From NCBI GenBank assembly GCA_017936345.1, contig JAGBFT010000032.1, positions 4,315 to 68,314 of the forward strand: a stretch of 64,000 nucleotides of DNA. Direction: 5' to 3'. The translations under genes and the position numbers were made by a program. The DNA comes from Spirochaetaceae bacterium (GTDB lineage Bacteria > Spirochaetota > Spirochaetia > Treponematales > Treponemataceae). The notes beneath the pieces are model-generated. The model worked only from the letters and a program-made list of their open reading frames with translations, was not told the origin of the DNA and made no database searches. Positions 57,924 to 64,000 of the stretch are shown in pieces. The first letter of the stretch is position 1. Every line of letters starts with the position of its first letter.

Positions 57924-59189
57924 TTATTCTGTCGGGCGCTTTTTGAAGGAAGCGCTATCAAGGATAGCCTGCCCCTTGCCGACCTGCTGCTCCATCATGG
58001 CCCGAACCTTCAAGGGAAGTCCTACCAAGGTAATAAAGCCCTGGGCATCCTGATGGTTATACAACTCGCCAGTGGTAAAGGAAGCAATGCTTTCGTTGTA
58101 CAGACTGTACGGTGAATGGGAACCCGCTCCACGGATGGAGCCCTTGTACAGCTTGAGCTTAACCCAACCAGTTACATTTTCTTGGGTCTTGTCCACAAAG
58201 GCCATGAGGGAATCCATCAAGGTGGTAAACCATTTGCCATCGTAGATGAGCTCACTCATGCGATGGGAGACCAGCTGCTTGTAGTGATAGGTGTCACGGT
58301 CAAGGCACAGATGGTCCAGCATCTGGTGGGCAAAATACAGAATCGAACCACCGGGAGTTTCATACACACCACGGCTTTTCATCCCAACAAAGCGGTTTTC
58401 GCAGATGTCCACCAACCCAACACCGTTTCTTCCACCAATCCTATTTAATTCAGTCATCAAGTCCAAGGCACCCATCCTCCTGCCGTTTACAGCCACAGGA
58501 ATTCCTGCCTCAAAGTCGATGGTTACATACTCACCGGAATCCGGAGCCTCCTCCGGCACGGTTGTGAGCTTGAGCATATGCTTGTAGTCAGGCTCGTTTT
58601 CTGTTTGCTCCAGCTCCAATCCCTCGTGAGACAGATGCCAGATATTTTCGTCACGGCTGTAGGACTGGTCCTTTTTCATAGGAACGGGAATACCACGTTC
58701 CTCCAGGAACCTGATTTCAGCTTCCCGGCTGTCCATATTCCATTTGGGGTCACGCCACGCCGCGATAACCTGCAAGTCAGGAGCAAAGGCCTTGATAGCC
58801 AGCTCAAACCGCACCTGGTCATTGCCCTTTCCAGTTGCACCGTGACAAATGGCCACAGCCTTCTCCTGGCGGGCATACTCTACAAGAATCTTTCCGATGA
58901 GGGGACGAGCTGTGGATGTACCCAGGAGGTATCTATCCTCGTAAATGGCATTGGCTTTGACAGCAGGCCAAATATACTCCTCAATGTACTCTTGGCGAGC
59001 ATCAACCACATGGCAGGCAGATGCCCCTGTATCCAGGGCTCTCTGCTTTATGGTCTTCCAATCATCACCCTGTCCCACATCAACACAGACAGCAATGACA
59101 TCGTAATCGTAATTTTCCTTAAGCCAGGGGATGATTACCGTAGTATCAAGTCCACCAGAATATGCAAGAACAACCTTTCCTTTGCCCAT
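57924..59189 (-). CDS. argG: Argininosuccinate synthase
   Basis: AYSGGLDT, HGATGKGNDQVRF, KSRGVYETP; start at ATG 59189 with SD. Confidence 0.97.
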   Translation of the reverse strand: MGKGKVVLAYSGGLDTTVIIPWLKENYDYDVIAVCVDVGQGDDWKTIKQRALDTGASACHVVDARQEYIEEYIWPAVKANAIYEDRYLLGTSTARPLIGKILVEYARQEKAVAICHGATGKGNDQVRFELAIKAFAPDLQVIAAWRDPKWNMDSREAEIRFLEERGIPVPMKKDQSYSRDENIWHLSHEGLELEQTENEPDYKHMLKLTTVPEEAPDSGEYVTIDFEAGIPVAVNGRRMGALDLMTELNRIGGRNGVGLVDICENRFVGMKSRGVYETPGGSILYFAHQMLDHLCLDRDTYHYKQLVSHRMSELIYDGKWFTTLMDSLMAFVDKTQENVTGWVKLKLYKGSIRGAGSHSPYSLYNESIASFTTGELYNHQDAQGFITLVGLPLKVRAMMEQQVGKGQAILDSASFKKRPTE

Positions 59190-59335
59190 ATCAATCCTCT
59201 TCAATTGTCAAAAAAAACTGATTCAGTATATCATTCTGATAAATTTGATACAAGCGAAAAGCAGGAAGAAAATTAGTAATTTGAAATTCAATGAAGTGTC
59301 ACTAAAAAATGAGCCCAATCAGAGGCTCTCAACCA

Positions 59336-59378
59336 CCAATCAGGCTCTTTTAGCTTGCCAATCAGGCTCTTTTAGCTT
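59336..59378. repeat. 21-bp direct repeat x2 at the blc 3' end
   Basis: CCAATCAGGCTCTTTTAGCTT at 59336 and 59358. Confidence 0.85.
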
Positions 59379-59913
59379 ATTTTGATTGAACTGTCCAAAC
59401 CAGATTGTCAATGTCGAATCCCAGGGACTCCGCCAGAATCAAATATTCTGTCAGTACATCAGAGGGGATTGTTGGAGTCCTGCTTAAAATCCAAAGATAA
59501 TTCAAGTTATTTCCAGACACAAGGGCATACTGGTAGTCCTCATCCAAGGCCAAAATATTGTATCCACCATAAAAAGGTCCAAAAAAAGACACTTCCAGAG
59601 CACCTACAGAAGGACTTCCCCTAAATCGGGCCCGTCCTTCCGCTTGCTGCCAGGCATTTTTCGCATAGTTAAAGCCTCTGTTTATAACGTTTACCGAGCC
59701 ATCCACATTCAAGGAATAGTCTGCCGTTACCTGACTAAGATTTTTTTCAAAGGTAAAATCAAAACGAGCAACCTCATACCATTTTCCCAAATACCGCTGC
59801 AAGTCAAAATTCTCTACTGGTTCTGCACCCTTAGGCATAGAAGCACATCCTGCAAGAATCATGGCGGTCAAAACTGACAGCACAGAAAAAAAAAGAAATC
59901 CCTTCTTGTTCAT
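59377..59913 (-). CDS. blc: Lipocalin lipoprotein
   Basis: LAGC lipobox; FDLQRYLGKWYEVAR, VSFFGPFYG, LWILSR. Confidence 0.93.
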   Translation of the reverse strand: MNKKGFLFFSVLSVLTAMILAGCASMPKGAEPVENFDLQRYLGKWYEVARFDFTFEKNLSQVTADYSLNVDGSVNVINRGFNYAKNAWQQAEGRARFRGSPSVGALEVSFFGPFYGGYNILALDEDYQYALVSGNNLNYLWILSRTPTIPSDVLTEYLILAESLGFDIDNLVWTVQSK

Positions 59914-60116
59914 AATTCATCACCTTTACTGGTTTTGCGTTGGATTTACGGGAAGGCCACAGAAAGCCTTCCCACACTGAAAAGTATAGGAGAATTCGCA
60001 CGCAAAAAAAAAGAAGTGGATTTTATATGGGAGAAATTTATAAGGGATTTAAAAATGCAGAACAAAGGGAATTATCTTGGCCTCGCAGATACTTGCGGAC
60101 AGTAAAAAATTCCCTT

Positions 60117-60938
60117 CTAAACGGACATGGTTCTCTGGGCTATTCTTTTTAAGGAGCGCAAGGCCTTCGACTCCAATTTGCGAACAGTTTCGGTAGAACA
60201 ACCAATTCTACCGCCTATCTGCCGCAGGGTACGGCACTTGACGGCATCCCTGTCAAAGCTGAACCGATAGTAAATAACCTGTCGCTCAGCCCTGGGCAGA
60301 GTATCTACCATACGGCGGATATCCTCTGCCACAAGGTTGCGGAAGCCAGTTTGCTCCACAGAAGACCTCTCATCCTCCAGGACATCCTCGCAGGTAAGCC
60401 CCTCACCCTTCTTTAACTCTGAATGAATGCTGGAGCAGGCAAAGCTGTAGGTCAGGGTCTCCCTGACAAAGGACTCACTTACATCCAGGTAGGCAGCCAC
60501 CTCGCCAAGGGAAGGCTCCCTCCCCAGCATCATTTGTAAATAGGTTTGAGTCTTCTTTACCCTACGCACCTCCTCTTCCTTTCTGGAGGGAAGGTAAATG
60601 ATGGGAACCTTTTGTTGGAGGTATCTAAGAATATATTGGGTAATCCAAGGATAGGCATAGGTTGAAAAGCGCACATTAAAACTCCGGGAGAATTTATTTA
60701 CTGCCATCATAAGCCCCATGTTGCCTTCCTGAATCAAGTCCAGCAACAGATGCTCGTCCCGTGTATGTTTTTCCGCAATGCTAACCACCAGCTTCAAGTT
60801 GGAGTTTATCAGCTTTTGCCGGGCCTCATCACTTCCCTTGCTGATTTCATTGGCGAGACTCATTTCTTGTTCATGGGTCAACACCTCGTAATGACGAACC
60901 TGAGCCAAATACATTTCAATCATACTTTCCTGTGCCAT
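60117..60938 (-). CDS. sigma70-family factor lacking region 1.1 (RpoS-like)
   Basis: Region 1.2 YL..LTHEQE; NLKLVVSIA; DLIQEGNMGL; RFSTYA; region 4 TLRQIG..ETVRKLESKAL. Confidence 0.88.
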   Translation of the reverse strand: MAQESMIEMYLAQVRHYEVLTHEQEMSLANEISKGSDEARQKLINSNLKLVVSIAEKHTRDEHLLLDLIQEGNMGLMMAVNKFSRSFNVRFSTYAYPWITQYILRYLQQKVPIIYLPSRKEEEVRRVKKTQTYLQMMLGREPSLGEVAAYLDVSESFVRETLTYSFACSSIHSELKKGEGLTCEDVLEDERSSVEQTGFRNLVAEDIRRMVDTLPRAERQVIYYRFSFDRDAVKCRTLRQIGGRIGCSTETVRKLESKALRSLKRIAQRTMSV

Positions 60939-60965
60939 TCAGTCCTCCAGCCTTGCAATCATTCA

Positions 60966-60982
60966 AGCAAGAACCATGCCAA
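60966..60982 (-). promoter_or_regulatory. sigma54 (-24/-12) promoter of the sigma factor gene
   Basis: Minus strand TTGGCATGGTTCTTGCT (GG-N10-GC), 27 nt before the ATG, GGAGG SD between. Confidence 0.8.
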
Positions 60983-61555
60983 CTTTTAAAAATAAGTGGA
61001 GAAAATATCAAAAAAGTATATAACTTGTTATATTATTATAAAATAAAATATAAACTGGTTTATCTTACCCCAGCCTTAAGAAAATAGTACTGTATAAAAA
61101 TTCATAACAAAAACAAACAGAAATATAAACATTGAAAATATCTGTATTATTTTTTCTACACCAAAATGAACCTGTCTATTTTTCTATAATAACGAACACT
61201 CATTTCAATAAAATAATTATTTAACAGATACATAGTTACCACCCCCTGCATTGCGACAAAAAAAACAGCTTTTCCCATCATGTACCCCCTCAAAATAATT
61301 AGTTGTTTTATATATAGATAAAAAAATACTTTTTATTCATAAGTTTTTTTTCATCTTTTTTATGAAAAAAATAAAAATAATTGAAGAAAACCAATTTTTT
61401 TTTGATTTTTACTTTATTTTTTTCTTGACAGTTTCCAGCGTGAATACTAGCATGGGAATGTATGTATTTTCTGTAAACGAAGCTTGTTTTACTGTATGAA
61501 AAAATATACAGAGGAAAAATAAGGCTTGCAGTGTAATTTTTAGGAGGAAGATAGT

Positions 61556-62767
61556 ATGGAATTACGAAAGGCTTATATCGTAAGCGCAAAACGTACAGCT
61601 ATTGGTGGATTTCTGGGGGGACTGTCCTCAGTAAAGCCAAGGGAGTTTGGTGCAGAGGTCATCAAGGCTCTGTTGGCTGACGCAGGCGTAAAGCCTGGGG
61701 ATGTAGACGAGGTTATCTGCGGCAACGTTCTTGGAGCTGGTGTTGGACAGAGCATTGGACGCACAGCCTCCTTGGAGGCAGGTATTCCTGACACAGTTTG
61801 TGCACACACAACCAACATGGTCTGTGGCTCCGGCATGCGCACCGTCATGGAGGCCGTGATGACCATTCAGGCTGGGCAGGGTGACCTTGTTGTTGCCGGT
61901 GGAATCGAGTCCATGTCACAGGCTCCCTACCTGGTTCCCGCCAACACACGCACAGGAAACAAGATGGGTTCATGGAAGGCCGTGGACCACATGATTTACG
62001 ATGCCCTTACAGATGCCCGCCTGGACATCCACATGGGTGTGACAGCAGAGAACATCGCCAAGAAATACAGCATCAGCCGCGAGGAGCAGGATAAATTTGC
62101 CTATGCCTCCCAGCAGAAGGCCATTGCCGCCCAGGATGCAGGCAAGTTCAAGGAAGAGATTGTTCCCATCACCATCGCCACCAAGAAGGGCGATGTCATC
62201 TTCGACACCGACGAGCATATCAACCGTGGAACCACTCCCGAAAAATTGGCAAAGCTCAAGCCAGCCTTCATCAAGGACGGAAGCGTGACAGCCGGAAACG
62301 CATCCGGAATCAACGACGGAGCATCCTTTGTGCTGGTTGCCAGCGAGGATGCCGTGAAGAAGTACGGCCTCAAGCCCCTCTGTGAGATTGTGGGCATCGG
62401 CCAGGGCGGTGTCGACCCCAGCGTCATGGGTCTTGGTCCCACCCCCGCCATCCGCAATGCACTGAAATACGCAGGCGTGAAGCTTGCCGACATCGAGGTA
62501 GTGGAGCTGAACGAGGCCTTTGCCGCCCAGTCCCTTGGTGTAATCCACGAGTTGGTGGAGGAGCATGGCGTTAACAAGGAAGAATTCATGGCCAAGACCA
62601 ATGTGAACGGCGGTGCCATTGCCTTGGGTCACCCTGTTGGAGCTTCTGGAAATAGAATTATCGTTACATTGATTCACGAGATGATTCGTTCTGACAAGAA
62701 ACTGGGTCTTGCCTCATTGTGTATCGGTGGTGGACAGGGAACTGCCATTATCCTCAAGCGGGACTAA
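61556..62767 (+). CDS. Acetyl-CoA C-acetyltransferase (thiolase) 1
   Basis: VCGSG, NEAFA, GHPVGASG, LCIGGG. Confidence 0.96.
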   Translation: MELRKAYIVSAKRTAIGGFLGGLSSVKPREFGAEVIKALLADAGVKPGDVDEVICGNVLGAGVGQSIGRTASLEAGIPDTVCAHTTNMVCGSGMRTVMEAVMTIQAGQGDLVVAGGIESMSQAPYLVPANTRTGNKMGSWKAVDHMIYDALTDARLDIHMGVTAENIAKKYSISREEQDKFAYASQQKAIAAQDAGKFKEEIVPITIATKKGDVIFDTDEHINRGTTPEKLAKLKPAFIKDGSVTAGNASGINDGASFVLVASEDAVKKYGLKPLCEIVGIGQGGVDPSVMGLGPTPAIRNALKYAGVKLADIEVVELNEAFAAQSLGVIHELVEEHGVNKEEFMAKTNVNGGAIALGHPVGASGNRIIVTLIHEMIRSDKKLGLASLCIGGGQGTAIILKRD

Positions 62768-62794
62768 GCCAACATTTTTTAGGAGATTGATTTT

Positions 62795-64000
62795 ATGGAA
62801 GCAAAGAAGGTATATGTTGTAGGTGCAAAGCGCACCGCTGTGGGAAATTTCTTGGGAACCATTTCTGGAGTTCACCCAAAGGTGCTGGGTTCCACTGTTG
62901 TAAAGGAGCTTCTGGCCTCCTCCGGTGTCAAGCCTGAGACTGTAGACGAGGTTATTTGTGGAAACGTTCTGGGCGGCGGCCTGGGACAGAACATAGGCCG
63001 CACCATTGCACTGGAGGCCGGCATCCCCGAAACCGTGTGTGCCCACACCACCAATATGCTCTGTGGTTCCGGCATGCGTACTGTGATGGAAGCAACAATG
63101 TCCATCCAGGTGGGCTTCAACGACATCGTTGTTGCCGGTGGTGTGGAGTCCATGTCACAGGCTCCCTACCTGATTCCTGCCAACACACGTACAGGAAACA
63201 AGATGGGTTCATGGAAGGCAGAGGACCACATGCTCCACGATGCATTGGTTGACACCCTGTACAACATCCACATGGGTGTAACCGCCGAAAACATTGCGGA
63301 AAAGTACAAGATTGGTCGCCAGGAGCAGGACGAATTTGCCATGGGCTCCCAGAAGAAGGCTATCGCCGCCCAGGATGCAGGCAAGTTCAAGGAGGAAATT
63401 GTTCCCATCGTCATCCCCTCCAAGAAGGGTGACATTGTGTTTGACACAGACGAATTCCCCAATAGAAACACCAGTGTAGAGAAGCTCGGCAAGCTGAAGC
63501 CAGCCTTTATCAAGGATGGTACTGTAACAGCCGGCAATGCCTCTGGCATCAACGACGGCGCATCCTTTATGGTGCTGGCCAGCGAGGATGCTGTCAAGAA
63601 GTATGGTCTCAAGCCCATCTGTGAGGTTGTTGCTTATGGCCAGGGCGGTGTTGACCCCCGTGTCATGGGTCTTGGTCCCACTCCCGCCATCCGCAAGGCA
63701 TTGAACAGTGCCGGAATGAAGCTGGCTGACATGGAAATCATCGAGCTGAACGAAGCCTTTGCCGCCCAGTCCCTGGGTGTCATCCACGAGTTGGTGGAGG
63801 AGCATGGTGTGGACAAGGCTGAGCTGATGGCAAAGACAAATGTAAACGGAAGTGCCATCGCTCTTGGTCACCCCGTTGGAATTTCTGGAAACAGAATTAT
63901 GGTTTCTATGATCCACGAGATGAAGAGAACTGGCAAGAAGCTGGGATTGGCTTCACTCTGTATCGGTGGTGGACAGGGAACTGCTGTCATCCTGAGAATG
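62795..64000 (+). CDS. Acetyl-CoA C-acetyltransferase (thiolase) 2, stop just beyond the window; absent from the ORF track
   Basis: AGGAG SD, ATG 62795 [17 protein letters not shown]; [26 protein letters not shown]. Confidence 0.93.
   Translation, partial: MEAKKVYVVGAKRTAVGNFLGTISGVHPKVLGSTVVKELLASSGVKPETVDEVICGNVLGGGLGQNIGRTIALEAGIPETVCAHTTNMLCGSGMRTVMEATMSIQVGFNDIVVAGGVESMSQAPYLIPANTRTGNKMGSWKAEDHMLHDALVDTLYNIHMGVTAENIAEKYKIGRQEQDEFAMGSQKKAIAAQDAGKFKEEIVPIVIPSKKGDIVFDTDEFPNRNTSVEKLGKLKPAFIKDGTVTAGNASGINDGASFMVLASEDAVKKYGLKPICEVVAYGQGGVDPRVMGLGPTPAIRKALNSAGMKLADMEIIELNEAFAAQSLGVIHELVEEHGVDKAELMAKTNVNGSAIALGHPVGISGNRIMVSMIHEMKRTGKKLGLASLCIGGGQGTAVILRM

Noticed and set aside
59200-59260. ARG box upstream of argG
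   Set aside because: Only a weak AT-rich resemblance; not supportable
59336-59378. 21-bp duplication as a regulatory element
   Set aside because: Looks like a local slippage copy next to the blc terminator; no further evidence
61573-63916. Long minus-strand ORFs opposite the thiolases (and similar ones opposite thrA, argG and the giant gene)
   Set aside because: Antisense shadows caused by codon bias; no motifs or SD

Overview
Spirochaete DNA, most likely Treponema-like (a P83/100-family antigen, spirochaete-style lipoproteins, moderate GC). The flanks are housekeeping: yggS, rsmA, comEC, a Gld-type ABC operon, rnz, nicotinamidase, an RNA methyltransferase, feoAAB, ilvN, a DAHP synthase-prephenate dehydratase fusion, thrA, argG, blc, a sigma54-preceded RpoS-like sigma factor and two tandem thiolases. 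The standout is a ~29 kb minus-strand locus (18857-47962) organised like a polymorphic toxin system, but attached to an RND-type pump rather than a known toxin secretion machine. In gene order it holds two TPR lipoproteins, a lipoprotein, TolC, a periplasmic adaptor, two Ig-like lipoproteins and two RND permeases. These are followed by a translationally coupled 3287-aa signal-peptide coiled-coil protein ending in an M23 peptidase domain, an SH3b-domain putative immunity gene and a terminator. Beyond the terminator lie two start-less alternative C-terminus/immunity cassettes (L,D-transpeptidase/Tlde1-like, and a deleted, frameshifted M23). Each cassette begins with a 184-247 bp near-copy of the same internal segment of the giant gene, and a second copy of the terminator closes the array. 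All family assignments come from motif recognition by eye; no database searches were run.
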